A stretch of 64,000 nucleotides of DNA from Alphaproteobacteria bacterium (lineage in GTDB: Bacteria > Pseudomonadota > Alphaproteobacteria > G965222575). The DNA is taken from the NCBI GenBank assembly GCA_965222575.1, contig OZ244958.1:672001-736000 (forward strand), given 5' to 3'. A program made the position numbers and the translations under genes. The notes under the pieces are model-generated. The model saw nothing but the letters and a program-made list of their open reading frames with translations, searched no databases and had not been told where the DNA came from. Below are positions 17,726 to 27,359 of this stretch, piece by piece. Position 1 is the first letter of the stretch, and every line of letters begins with the position of its first letter.

Positions 17726-18838
17726 GTGAAGAAAGTGATTATGAACAGAAGTGCTAATCCATGGGAAGAGGTATCGTCCTCTCAAGAGAAGAGGTTTGTG
17801 TCTCGTAGGACTTCTTCTGGAGGGGGAGGAGGGGGGAAATTTGGTAAGAATTTGGAAGATTGGGGGCGGAATTTTTTTTCTAATATGACGCCTCGTAAAG
17901 CCATTATGATTGGGGTGGTTGTGTTGGGGATATGGTTAGCGTCTGGTTTGTATCGTGTGTTACCTGATGAACAGGGTGTGGAGCTTCTTTTTGGGCGGTG
18001 GGTTCAGACTTCGGAGCCGGGATTGAATTATCGTTTTCCTTGGCCTATTGGGAGTGTGATTCGTCCTAGGGTGACGCGTGTGAACAAGATTAACATTGGG
18101 TTTGCGGAGAGGGAGACGCGCGCTGGTGATAGGCGTGGTGCAGAGCAAGATGTGGTGGCGGAGAGTCTTATGTTAACGGGAGATGAGAATATAATAGATA
18201 TTGATTTTTCTGTTTTTTGGTTAATTAAGGATGCGGGGAAATTTTTGTTTGAGATTGACCGTCCTGAGGCGACGACAAAGGTTGTGTCAGAAAGTGTGAT
18301 GCGGGATATTATTGGGAAAACGGACTTACAGAAGTCCTTGACGCAGGGGCGTCAAAGTATTGAGGAGGAGGCGCGACAAGGGATTCAAGAGACTTTAGAT
18401 AACTATGGAGCCGGCATTGAGATTACGCAGGTAAAGCTACAAAAAGTTGACCCACCTAACGCTGTGATTGATGCGTTCAGAGATGTTCAGGCCGCTGAAG
18501 CTGATAGGGTGCGGTTGGAAAATGAAGCGAAAGCTTATGCGAACTCTATTATTCCTGAAGCGCGGGGACAGGCAACGGCGGTTGTGAAAGAAGCGGAAGC
18601 CTATCGGGAACAAAAAATTAAGGAAGCGGAAGGGCAAACGCAACGTTATCTCATGGTGAAGGAAGAGTATAAAAAGTCTCCCATTATTACGGTGAGTCGT
18701 TTATATTTAGAAACCATGGAACGCGTCTTCAGTCAATTGGACAAAATTTCTGTTACTGGAGAAGGGGCAGTGGGCGGGCTTCTCCCCTATTTGCCTCTTA
18801 ATGAACTGATGAAAGAGAAGAAGAACAAGGGGCAATGA
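17726..18838 (+). CDS. hflK: FtsH protease modulator HflK
   Basis: NPW N-terminal motif, TM helix, MLTGDENIIDI, VIDAFRDVQAA, RLYLETME. Confidence 0.95.
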   Translation: MKKVIMNRSANPWEEVSSSQEKRFVSRRTSSGGGGGGKFGKNLEDWGRNFFSNMTPRKAIMIGVVVLGIWLASGLYRVLPDEQGVELLFGRWVQTSEPGLNYRFPWPIGSVIRPRVTRVNKINIGFAERETRAGDRRGAEQDVVAESLMLTGDENIIDIDFSVFWLIKDAGKFLFEIDRPEATTKVVSESVMRDIIGKTDLQKSLTQGRQSIEEEARQGIQETLDNYGAGIEITQVKLQKVDPPNAVIDAFRDVQAAEADRVRLENEAKAYANSIIPEARGQATAVVKEAEAYREQKIKEAEGQTQRYLMVKEEYKKSPIITVSRLYLETMERVFSQLDKISVTGEGAVGGLLPYLPLNELMKEKKNKGQ

Positions 18839-19728
18839 AACATCCTAAGCTTATTTTTTTGAGTGTATTGTTGGGCGGAGTTGTGGTGATTGCGTCTCAG
18901 AGTCTCTTTACGGTTTATGAGACGCAGCAAGTCCTTGTGTTGCAATTTGGAGACCCTAAGCGCGCGATTTCTAAGTCCGGTCTTAAAGTGAAGCTTCCAT
19001 TTGTACAGAATGTGGTGCGGTTGGAGAAGCGGATTTTGGCGTTAGACACGCCGCCGCAGGAATTGATAGCGTCTGACCAGAAACGGATGGTTGTTGATGC
19101 TTTTGCGCGCTTTCGTATTTCTGATCCGCTGATGTTCTATAAGAGTGTGAATAACCTTGGGCGTGCGGAGTCTCGTCTGAATTCCTTAATGAGTTCTGGG
19201 GTTAGGCGTGTGCTAGGGAAGGAGAAGTTTTTGGATATTTTAGGGAGTGACCGTCAAACGTTGATGCATAAAATTAGGGATAGCGTCAATACAGAGGTGT
19301 TGAAGCTTGGCATGGAGATTGTGGATATACGGATTAAGAGGGTAGACCTTCCGCTGGAAAACAGTCAGGCGATTTATCAGCGCATGAAGACAGATAGGCA
19401 AAAGGAGGCGGCGGAAGCGCGGGCTAGGGGGAAAGAAATCTCCCGAGAGATTCGCGCTGTTGCTGATAGAGACAAAACGGTTTTATTAGCGGAAGCCCGT
19501 AAGACATCAGAGATTCTCAAGGGAGAAGGGGATAAAATTCGGGCGCGGTTATTTAATGAGGCGGCGGAAGACTATCCTCATTTCTTTACCTTCTACAGAG
19601 CCTTAGAAGCCTATGAAGAGTCCATGAAGAAAGAGAATACGACGTTGATTCTCTATCCGGATTCCCCTTTGATTAAGGCCATAGAGAACCTTTTCAAAGA
19701 GAAGACCAACATTGACGACTCCCCTTAA
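18835..19728 (+). CDS. hflC: FtsH protease modulator HflC
   Basis: VLQFGDP, KLPFVQ, DPLMFY, DIRIKRVDLP, FYRALEAY; overlaps the hflK stop. Confidence 0.95.
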   Translation: MKHPKLIFLSVLLGGVVVIASQSLFTVYETQQVLVLQFGDPKRAISKSGLKVKLPFVQNVVRLEKRILALDTPPQELIASDQKRMVVDAFARFRISDPLMFYKSVNNLGRAESRLNSLMSSGVRRVLGKEKFLDILGSDRQTLMHKIRDSVNTEVLKLGMEIVDIRIKRVDLPLENSQAIYQRMKTDRQKEAAEARARGKEISREIRAVADRDKTVLLAEARKTSEILKGEGDKIRARLFNEAAEDYPHFFTFYRALEAYEESMKKENTTLILYPDSPLIKAIENLFKEKTNIDDSP

Positions 19729-20216
19729 TGAGCTAGACTGAGCAGGTCTTTTAACAGAATAGAAGCGGCTATAGCGTCTAGGCGTTTTTTGTTTTTCACC
19801 CCTTCAAGGCTTAACAAAGCCTCCTGTGTACTTAGTCGTTCATCTTGTAGATACAGCGGTAAGACTAATCCCTGATTTTGGAGATAAGAAAGCAGGCGGT
19901 AACAAAATTGTCGTACAGTTAAACACTGGCGCCCTTCTTTCCCTGATGATAAAAGAGGATAGCCTACCACCAACCCGCAAGCTTGCCTTTGTCTTAGAAG
20001 ATTTTCTATAGTCGCCGCATCTTCTTGCCAACTCCTCCTTTTTAAGACCGAAAGAGGGAATGGGATACGCAGTGTCAAAGACGCAAGAGCAAACCCAATA
20101 TGGGCTTTTCCATGGTCAATCCCTAAAATGATTTTTTCTCCTTGCCCTGTTTTTAAGCAAAAGGCGATAAAATCTTTGGGGCAGGAAAAGGCTTTGAGAG
20201 AAGAAGGTGATAACAT
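19725..20216 (-). CDS. yqgF: YqgF/RuvX pre-16S rRNA nuclease
   Basis: ILGIDHGKAHIGFA, LVVGYPL, QDERLST, LDAIAASILL. Start taken at ATG 20216 because the longer ORF overlaps gatC. Confidence 0.9.
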   Translation of the reverse strand: MLSPSSLKAFSCPKDFIAFCLKTGQGEKIILGIDHGKAHIGFALASLTLRIPFPLSVLKRRSWQEDAATIENLLRQRQACGLVVGYPLLSSGKEGRQCLTVRQFCYRLLSYLQNQGLVLPLYLQDERLSTQEALLSLEGVKNKKRLDAIAASILLKDLLSLAH

Positions 20217-20319
20217 GTGCGTTACTATAAACTCCTTCCCCTGCAAGTTCAATATAGGGCATATGGTTGATAAGTTCTCTCTTGTCGTGGTACACTTGTG
20301 GGAAGTGAAGGGATGAGGA

Positions 20320-20607
20320 ATGATGTTAACGATAGAACGATTACAGTTTTTGTGTTTTCTTTCGCGTTTGAAGGTGAAGCAGCAACAAGAGGCAGCGCTT
20401 TTACAGAGTCTGGAAGAGATTTTGAAGTGGTCAAAGCAGCTACAGGAGGTCAATACGGAGAATATTGATGAGACGCTTTCGCCCTTAGGGATGACGCTTG
20501 AGATGGTAGAAGATAAGGCGACGAAAGGGTTATCGGAGGGGGAAATATTTGGCAATGCTCCGTTTTGTGAGGCTGGTTTTTTTGTTGTGCCTAAGGTAAT
20601 AGAGTAG
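20320..20607 (+). CDS. gatC: Asp/Glu-tRNA amidotransferase subunit C
   Basis: LSRL, QLQEVNTE, NAP...FFVVPKVIE; upstream of gatA. Confidence 0.92.
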   Translation: MMLTIERLQFLCFLSRLKVKQQQEAALLQSLEEILKWSKQLQEVNTENIDETLSPLGMTLEMVEDKATKGLSEGEIFGNAPFCEAGFFVVPKVIE

Positions 20608-20611
20608 GCGG

Positions 20612-22066
20612 GTGATGTTATCGTCTTTAGCTCAGGTGGTGGAAGCGCTGAAGGGTGGGCGGCTATCCTCTGAGGAGGTGATAGGGTCTTTGATAGCGGT
20701 AGCCAAGGAGACGCAAGTGTGCAATGCTTTTATCACGCCGACTTTTGAGGAAGCCATGGTGAGTGCACGAAAGGGAGGGATGGAGGAGTGTCCTCTTGGA
20801 GGGGCGGGTATTGGGATTAAGGATGTGTTTTGTAGCCGTGGTATTCGTACGACGGCGGGGTCAAAGATGTTGGAGAATTTTGTTCCTCCTTATGAGTCAG
20901 CTGTTACGGAGAATTTATTGAGAGGCGGGGGCATTTCCTTAGGCAAGTTGAATATGGATGCGTTTGCTATGGGGTCTTCTAATGAAACGAGTTTTTATGG
21001 GGCTTGCGTGAATCCTTGGAGGAGGAATGAGGAAGAGGTAGCCCTTGTGCCGGGGGGGTCTTCTGGGGGGAGTGCTGTAGCGGTGGCAGTTGGGTCTGTG
21101 TTGGCTGCTATTGGGACGGATACGGGAGGGTCTATTCGGCAACCGGCGTCATTTTGTGGTGTTGTTGGGTTGAAGCCAACTTACGGGGTCTGTTCGCGAT
21201 GGGGCATGGTTGCTTTTGCCTCTTCTTTGGATACAGCGGGACCTATGACGCGGACGGTGGAAGATGCAGCGTTGATGTTACAGGTGATGGCTTCTCATGA
21301 TAAACGGGACGCTACCAGTCGCAAAGCGCCTTGGAGGACTTTGTATCCAGTTCCGAAAGGTATTAAAGGGTTGAAAGTCGGTATTCCTAAGGAATACCGC
21401 ATGGAGGAGGTGTTGGAGAAGGATATTATTGTCTTTTGGGACAAGGCAAGGGAGTGGCTTAAAGAACAGGGAGCAGAGATACAAGAGGTGACCTTGCCCC
21501 ATACGAAGTATGCTCTACCGGCTTATTATATTTTAGCCCCGGCGGAAGCGAGCAGTAATCTTGCGCGCTATGATGGCTTACGGTTTGGCTTTTCTTGTAG
21601 GGAAGAGTCCTTAGAAGAGACCTATATCAACACCCGTACGCAAGGCTTTAGTGATGAAAATGTTCGCAGGATTTTAATTGGCACCCATGTTCTGTCTTCA
21701 GGGCAATATGATTTGTATTATAAAAAAGCGCAGAAAGTGCGTAGGGTGATTGCGGAAGAGTTGCGAAAAGTTTTTCAGTCTGTTGACCTTTTGTTGACTC
21801 CCACGACGCCTACTGTGGCTTTTGAGATAGGCTATCAAAGCGATTCGGTTTTAAAGATGTATGGGAACGATATTTTTGCTGTGCCGTCTTCTTTGTCTGG
21901 GCTTCCGGCGATTTCAGTACCTGTGGGTCTTTCTTCTGAGGGGCTACCTGTGGGGTTACAGTTGATTGCGGGAGCTTTTCAGGAGCCGACATTATTAAGA
22001 GGAGCGCAAGCACTGGAGGAAGCGGCCGCTTTTCAAGAGCAGCCTACTCCTTGGTGGAAGCAGTAA
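20612..22066 (+). CDS. gatA: Asp/Glu-tRNA amidotransferase subunit A
   Basis: GGSSGGS, GTDTGGSIRQPA, EASSNLARYDG, RRILIGT. Confidence 0.97.
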   Translation: MMLSSLAQVVEALKGGRLSSEEVIGSLIAVAKETQVCNAFITPTFEEAMVSARKGGMEECPLGGAGIGIKDVFCSRGIRTTAGSKMLENFVPPYESAVTENLLRGGGISLGKLNMDAFAMGSSNETSFYGACVNPWRRNEEEVALVPGGSSGGSAVAVAVGSVLAAIGTDTGGSIRQPASFCGVVGLKPTYGVCSRWGMVAFASSLDTAGPMTRTVEDAALMLQVMASHDKRDATSRKAPWRTLYPVPKGIKGLKVGIPKEYRMEEVLEKDIIVFWDKAREWLKEQGAEIQEVTLPHTKYALPAYYILAPAEASSNLARYDGLRFGFSCREESLEETYINTRTQGFSDENVRRILIGTHVLSSGQYDLYYKKAQKVRRVIAEELRKVFQSVDLLLTPTTPTVAFEIGYQSDSVLKMYGNDIFAVPSSLSGLPAISVPVGLSSEGLPVGLQLIAGAFQEPTLLRGAQALEEAAAFQEQPTPWWKQ

Positions 22067-22067
22067 G

Positions 22068-23525
22068 ATGGGGTTTTGTCTTAAAGGGAAGGAAGGGCTT
22101 TGGGAGGTTGTTATAGGTCTTGAGATTCATGCTCAGATTACCTCTTCTTCCAAACTTTTTTCACGGGCTTGTGCGAAAGGAGGAGGAGGGGAGGCTAATA
22201 CTGCTATTAGTCTTGTGGATTTAGCCTATCCGGGTGTTTTGCCTTCTTTGAACAAGGAGTGTGTGAGAAAGGGGGTGAGTGCGGCTTTAGCCTTTGGGGG
22301 ACGGATTGCCCCTTATTGTGTGTTTGATAGGAAGAATTATTTTTATCCGGATTTACCGCAAGGGTATCAGATTACCCAGTTATATCACCCTCTGATGGAA
22401 GAGGGCAAGGTACTGATTCCTTGTGAGGAGGGGGGGGTTAAGAGTATCCGCCTTCAACGGCTACACATAGAGCAGGATGCGGGCAAGTTGTTGCATGATA
22501 GAGCCCCTAGCGTGTCTTATGTAGATTTTAATCGGGGTGGGGTGGGGTTACTGGAGATTGTGTCTTATCCGGACTTATCGTCTCCTAAGGAAGCGGCGTC
22601 TTGTGTTGATAAGATTCGGTCAATTTTGCGGTATATTGGGGTTTGTGATGGCAATATGCAGGAGGGTTCGTTGCGTGCGGATTGTAATGTATCGGTACGC
22701 AAGCAGGGGTGTGAGTCTGTGGGGGAGCGTTGTGAGATTAAGAATCTCAATTCTCTTAAGTTTATTCGTCAGGCGGTTTTAAGTGAGGCGGAGCGTCAGG
22801 TGGGTCTGTTAGAGGGAGGGGGCGTAGTAGAGAAACAAACACTTCTTTTTGATACGAAGAGGGGGCAAACGGTTTCTATGAGGTCTAAGGAAGAGGCCTG
22901 TGATTATCGTTATTTTCCTGACCCTGATTTGTTGCCTTTGCCTATTGATTCTGCTTGGGTTGAGGAGTTGCGGTTGAGTTTACCGCCTTTACCTGATGCG
23001 GTGGAGGAGGAGTTACAGGAGAGCTATGGTCTTTCAAGTTATGACGCCACTGTCATAGCAGCACGTAAAGAGGTTGTAGTCTATTATAAAGAGGCGGCGG
23101 CGGGGGGGAGGCACAAGCAGGTAGCGAATTGGATGATATCTGTTGTATTTGGGCGGTTAAAAAAGGAGAAGCTTTCCATTGATAACTGTCCTGTTGTGCC
23201 GCGCGCACTCGCTCGGCTGGTTGAGAGAGTGGAAGATGGGACTTTGTCTACTCCACTAGCGCGGGATGTTTTTGAAGTGCTTTGGCAAGGGGAGAAGGAT
23301 GTAGATGGGGTGATTGACCGAAAGGGCTTACGGCAGCTTTCTGATAGGGTGGCACTTAGAGCTTTGTTACAAGAGGTTTTGGAGGAGAATCCGAAAGAGG
23401 TGGAGGCGATTAAGAGCGGCAAAGACCGTTTGAAGGGGTGGATTGTGGGACAGGCGATGAAACGGACTGGGGGGAAAGCGAATCCTAAGACTTTAAGCAT
23501 TTTATTGGAAAAGCTCTTGCGGTAA
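22068..23525 (+). CDS. gatB: Asp/Glu-tRNA amidotransferase subunit B
   Basis: IGLEIHAQ, RKNYFYPDLPQGYQITQ, HIEQDAGK, DYRYFPDPDL, GGKANP. Confidence 0.97.
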   Translation: MGFCLKGKEGLWEVVIGLEIHAQITSSSKLFSRACAKGGGGEANTAISLVDLAYPGVLPSLNKECVRKGVSAALAFGGRIAPYCVFDRKNYFYPDLPQGYQITQLYHPLMEEGKVLIPCEEGGVKSIRLQRLHIEQDAGKLLHDRAPSVSYVDFNRGGVGLLEIVSYPDLSSPKEAASCVDKIRSILRYIGVCDGNMQEGSLRADCNVSVRKQGCESVGERCEIKNLNSLKFIRQAVLSEAERQVGLLEGGGVVEKQTLLFDTKRGQTVSMRSKEEACDYRYFPDPDLLPLPIDSAWVEELRLSLPPLPDAVEEELQESYGLSSYDATVIAARKEVVVYYKEAAAGGRHKQVANWMISVVFGRLKKEKLSIDNCPVVPRALARLVERVEDGTLSTPLARDVFEVLWQGEKDVDGVIDRKGLRQLSDRVALRALLQEVLEENPKEVEAIKSGKDRLKGWIVGQAMKRTGGKANPKTLSILLEKLLR

Positions 23526-23532
23526 GGGGTTC

Positions 23533-26088
23533 ATGTCTGTTTCTCGTCTTATTGTGGTAGATTTGTCTTGGCTGATTTATCGGTCTTTTTATGCTTTACC
23601 GCCTATGAGCAGGGCGGATGGCGTTCCTGTACAGGCGGTGTTGGGGGTCTGTAATTTTCTCCACAATCTCCACAGAGACATTGAACGCAATGAAGAGGAA
23701 AAGCTTAAGATGTATGTTGGAGTTGCGTTTGATGATAAGGAAGGGGGCTTTCGGCGCAAGATTTTCCCTGATTATAAGAAGAATCGTGCGGCACCGCCTG
23801 ATGAATTGAAGCCTCAATTTGACCTTGTGGGGCAGGCTGTAGAGGCTTTCGGGTTTGCATCTCTTGCCGTAGAGGGCTTTGAAGCCGATGATATTATTGC
23901 GTCTTTGGTGAAGAAAGCCACGCCGATGACGATACAGATTGAGTCCTCTGATAAAGATCTTTTGCAGCTAGTATCGGATAGGGTTTGGCTTAGAGGAGGG
24001 GAAGGGAAGAGGAGTGATGGGCGGGCGGTGAAGGAAAAGTTTGGGATTGAGCCCTCAGAGATGGTGGATTTTCAAGCATTAACGGGGGATATTTCGGATA
24101 ACATTCCGGGGGTACCTGGTATTGGTCCTAAGAGGGCTGCTGCTCTTATCAGGAAATTTGGCTCTCTTGACGCTATCCTGCAAGAGCAAAAAGAGATGAA
24201 ACACGAAAAGCACAGAGAAAAGATTTTGCAGTATCGGAAAGAGGTTTTATTAAGTCGCGAGCTTGTAACATTACGCGATGATGTGCCGTTGCCGTCTTTG
24301 GATACGCTGGCTTATCGTCCTCCTGATATGACAAAGATGACCTCTTTTTTGAAGCAGCAAGGCTTTATGGGGTTGCTCAGAAGAATAGCGCCGCCGGAAC
24401 TGGTGGCTAGCAATGAAGAGGAAGCACGCAAGACTTCTGTTTGTCTTTTAAGAACGGCTTCTGAACGTGGAAGATTTTTGGAGGAGGTGTATAGCCACGG
24501 GGTTGTGGCGGTTTTGTCTGATAAAAAGGAAGAGATTGTGTTTGCGACGGAGGCGGAGGTTTTTGCACTTAAGGGGGCTGTGCCTGAGGACATAGCCCTT
24601 ATGCTGGAGGATAATAGAGTCGTTAAGGTAGGCCATGGGATAGGACAAGTAGCGACTCTGAAGAATCACCAGATGCGTTCTATGGAAGATATCAGTGTCA
24701 TGTCTCATTGTTTGTGGGCGGGAAAATTTTCTCATACATTGGAGAGTTTACAGGGTCGTTTTCTAAAAAAGGTGTTGGTGGGGAATGATGAGGCGGGACA
24801 GCAGCGCAAGATAAAGGTAAGGGATATTCTCTGTCTTTGGCGCATTCTGTTACGGCAACTGCTGGATAGAGAAAAAGGGATGCTTGTTTATCAGTTACTG
24901 GACAAACCTATGGTGGATATTTTGGTAGACATGGAGCGGTGGGGGGTTGCGTTGGATAGAGGGTGTTTAGAGAGGTTGAAGTGTACACTTCACAAAGCGT
25001 TGGAGAAAGAGGAGAAAGAGATTTTTCGTATAGCAGGCGGTGTGTTTAATATTCGTTCTCCTAAACAATTGGGAGAGGTTCTGTTTGAGAAGTTAGGGTT
25101 TAAGGGGGGCAAACGTCTGTCTTCTGGGGCTTATAAGACTGATAGTGAGGTTTTAGAAGTGCTACGGGATGAGGGTCATGAGATAGGGGAGCGTCTGTTA
25201 GAGTATCGTCAACTGGAGAAATACAGAGGGACTTATGTAGAAGGCTTGATGAAGTGTCTTCAGGGGGATGGCAGGCTTCACACCACTTTTGATTTGACGG
25301 CTGTTGTGACGGGACGCATCAGTTCGCGGGAGCCTAATGTACAAAATATTCCTGTGCGCACGAAACAGGGGCGTGAAATCCGTAAAGCCTTTGTAGCGCA
25401 AAAAGGATGGCTATTGATGGCTGGGGATTACTCTCAGATAGAACTGCGCATCTTAGCCCATACAGCGAATGTCTCCGAGTTAAAAGAAGCCTTTCGAAAA
25501 GGAGAGGATATTCATCAGACAACAGCTCAGGAGCTTTTTGGGTCTGTTACGTTTGAGCGGAGGCGGGCAGCTAAGGCGATAAATTTTGGCATTATTTACG
25601 GCTTAAGTGCTTTTGGTCTTAGTAAACAATTGTCCATTTCTCATCATGAAGCGAAAGAGTATATCACGACCTATTTTGAGAGATATCCCGCTATTTTGGA
25701 TTACATAGAAAGCACAAAAAAGGCTTGTGAGCAGCAGGGATATGTCAGCACTTTTTTGGGTCGTCGTTGTTATGTTCCGGAGATTCGTAGCACTGTGCCT
25801 TGGAAGAAACAGCATGCGCAACGTGCGGCGATTAATGCGCCGATTCAGGGAGGAGCTGCGGATATAATGAAGTGGGCGCTGAGTAAGTTACACAAGGCTT
25901 TAAGGGGATTTGAATCGGCTATGGTGTTACAAGTACATGATGAAGTGGTACTAGAAGTGCCGAAAGAGGAAGTGTCCGCAGTTGCCTCTTTATTAAAAGA
26001 GACTATGGAACAGGTATTGCCCTTATCTGTGCCGTTAGTTGTGAGGGTTAGTGCGGGGGAAAATTGGGGAGAGATGAAAGCGCTTTAG
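23533..26088 (+). CDS. polA: DNA polymerase I
   Basis: 5'-3' exonuclease motifs (EADDII, SSDKDL, GDISDNIPGVPGIG) and polymerase motifs (TGRISS..PNVQNIP, DYSQIELR, KAINFGIIYG, QVHDE). Confidence 0.97.
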   Translation: MSVSRLIVVDLSWLIYRSFYALPPMSRADGVPVQAVLGVCNFLHNLHRDIERNEEEKLKMYVGVAFDDKEGGFRRKIFPDYKKNRAAPPDELKPQFDLVGQAVEAFGFASLAVEGFEADDIIASLVKKATPMTIQIESSDKDLLQLVSDRVWLRGGEGKRSDGRAVKEKFGIEPSEMVDFQALTGDISDNIPGVPGIGPKRAAALIRKFGSLDAILQEQKEMKHEKHREKILQYRKEVLLSRELVTLRDDVPLPSLDTLAYRPPDMTKMTSFLKQQGFMGLLRRIAPPELVASNEEEARKTSVCLLRTASERGRFLEEVYSHGVVAVLSDKKEEIVFATEAEVFALKGAVPEDIALMLEDNRVVKVGHGIGQVATLKNHQMRSMEDISVMSHCLWAGKFSHTLESLQGRFLKKVLVGNDEAGQQRKIKVRDILCLWRILLRQLLDREKGMLVYQLLDKPMVDILVDMERWGVALDRGCLERLKCTLHKALEKEEKEIFRIAGGVFNIRSPKQLGEVLFEKLGFKGGKRLSSGAYKTDSEVLEVLRDEGHEIGERLLEYRQLEKYRGTYVEGLMKCLQGDGRLHTTFDLTAVVTGRISSREPNVQNIPVRTKQGREIRKAFVAQKGWLLMAGDYSQIELRILAHTANVSELKEAFRKGEDIHQTTAQELFGSVTFERRRAAKAINFGIIYGLSAFGLSKQLSISHHEAKEYITTYFERYPAILDYIESTKKACEQQGYVSTFLGRRCYVPEIRSTVPWKKQHAQRAAINAPIQGGAADIMKWALSKLHKALRGFESAMVLQVHDEVVLEVPKEEVSAVASLLKETMEQVLPLSVPLVVRVSAGENWGEMKAL

Positions 26089-26712
26089 GGTAGAAATCAG
26101 AGAGTCTGTACAGATATCCACTTGTGGGAGTGGTTTTGTGTGCGTAGCGTAGAGGGGACGCACCCAAACGGTTTGGAATCCTTGCTGTTTTCCTTCTTTG
26201 AGGTTAGAGGGGTAATCATCAAAGAAAACAACCTGTTCTGGTTGGAGGTGGTAGGTTTGGATTAAGGCTTGATAAGCTTCTGGATAGGGTTTGAAGAGGT
26301 GATTTCTGCTATCAGCTGTACAAAGAGCCGTAAAGATATCGGCAGGTATCTGTAGCTTTTTGAGTACAAGATGGCTATGGGCTTGGGAGCTATTGGTAAA
26401 AATGAATTTATCTCCTTTCAGGGTGTCTATGGCCTTGCCGAGGCGAGGATTGGGTTTGAGCAGGTCGTAATTGACTCCATGAACGATATCCATGAAGGTT
26501 TGGGGGTCTGTGTTGAAGTTTTTGATGAGGCTGTGGAGGGTTGTTCCTTGGTCGAAGGAGGTGTGTAGTTCTTTGGCTTCCTGAAGTGAGAGCTGGCAGG
26601 TTTCACAGATGAAGGTGATGATTTTTTTATCGATTTCTTTGAACAGTTCCACAGAGGAGCAATAGAGGGTATTGTCTAAATCGAAAACCCATGTTTTGGT
26701 GGGGGTTGTCAT
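26035..26712 (-). CDS. HAD-family hydrolase, pyrimidine 5'-nucleotidase-like
   Basis: WVFDLDNTLY, IFTN, KP, FFDD..NL. Confidence 0.88.
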   Translation of the reverse strand: MTTPTKTWVFDLDNTLYCSSVELFKEIDKKIITFICETCQLSLQEAKELHTSFDQGTTLHSLIKNFNTDPQTFMDIVHGVNYDLLKPNPRLGKAIDTLKGDKFIFTNSSQAHSHLVLKKLQIPADIFTALCTADSRNHLFKPYPEAYQALIQTYHLQPEQVVFFDDYPSNLKEGKQQGFQTVWVRPLYATHTKPLPQVDICTDSLISTLKRFHLSPIFPRTNPHN

Positions 26713-27359
26713 GGAGGAGGGGAGGGGAGGTGTGTGAACAAAAGGGCGTTCATTGTGCGTCTTAAGGTAGGTACGCCGATTTTTTCTGTTGCGGAGGAGA
26801 GGTATATGGGAGGGGAGAAAGAGGAGGGGTAGAGGGGTGAAAGGGAGGAGAAGTTTTTTAAGGTACTATGATGGGTAGCGTGTGGAAGTTTATCGATTTT
26901 TGTTAAGATGACTTGGAAGGGGATGGCTTGTTGATGGAGCAGTGTCATGAGGTGATGGTCACTGGGTTTTAGGGTGTGTCTTGCATCTAGGAGTACAAAG
27001 AGGTTCTGGGTGGTTGGTCGTTTGATGAGGTAGTGGAGGATTGTTTTTTCCCACTGAGATTTTTGAGAGGGGTTGACGACCCATCCATAGCCGGGGAGGT
27101 CTACTAGAAAAGCCTTTTGTTTTTGGAAGAAGTTGATACTTGCGGTTCTACCGGGTGTTTTGGAGGAGCGGGCGAGAGATTTTTGTCCGGTGAGGGCATT
27201 GATTAAGGAGGATTTTCCTACATTAGAGCGTCCTAGGAAGGCGATTTCTTTTCCTATTATTGGGGGGAAAGCGTTGGGGGTGAAGGCGGAGAGGAGGAAA
27301 TGCCAGTCGCCTTGGAATTTTTGTTTGTTGGTTCTGGTCACGAGGAATTGAAGCGCCAA
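26709..27359 (-). CDS. engB: Ribosome biogenesis GTPase YihA/EngB
   Basis: GRSNVGKSSLIN, SKTPGRT, VDLPGYG, TKIDK. Confidence 0.95.
   Translation of the reverse strand: MALQFLVTRTNKQKFQGDWHFLLSAFTPNAFPPIIGKEIAFLGRSNVGKSSLINALTGQKSLARSSKTPGRTASINFFQKQKAFLVDLPGYGWVVNPSQKSQWEKTILHYLIKRPTTQNLFVLLDARHTLKPSDHHLMTLLHQQAIPFQVILTKIDKLPHATHHSTLKNFSSLSPLYPSSFSPPIYLSSATEKIGVPTLRRTMNALLFTHLPSPPP

Noticed and set aside
20217-20555. Long N-terminal extension of YqgF in the ORF track
   Set aside because: It is antisense overlap with gatC; family similarity starts only after Met at 20216.
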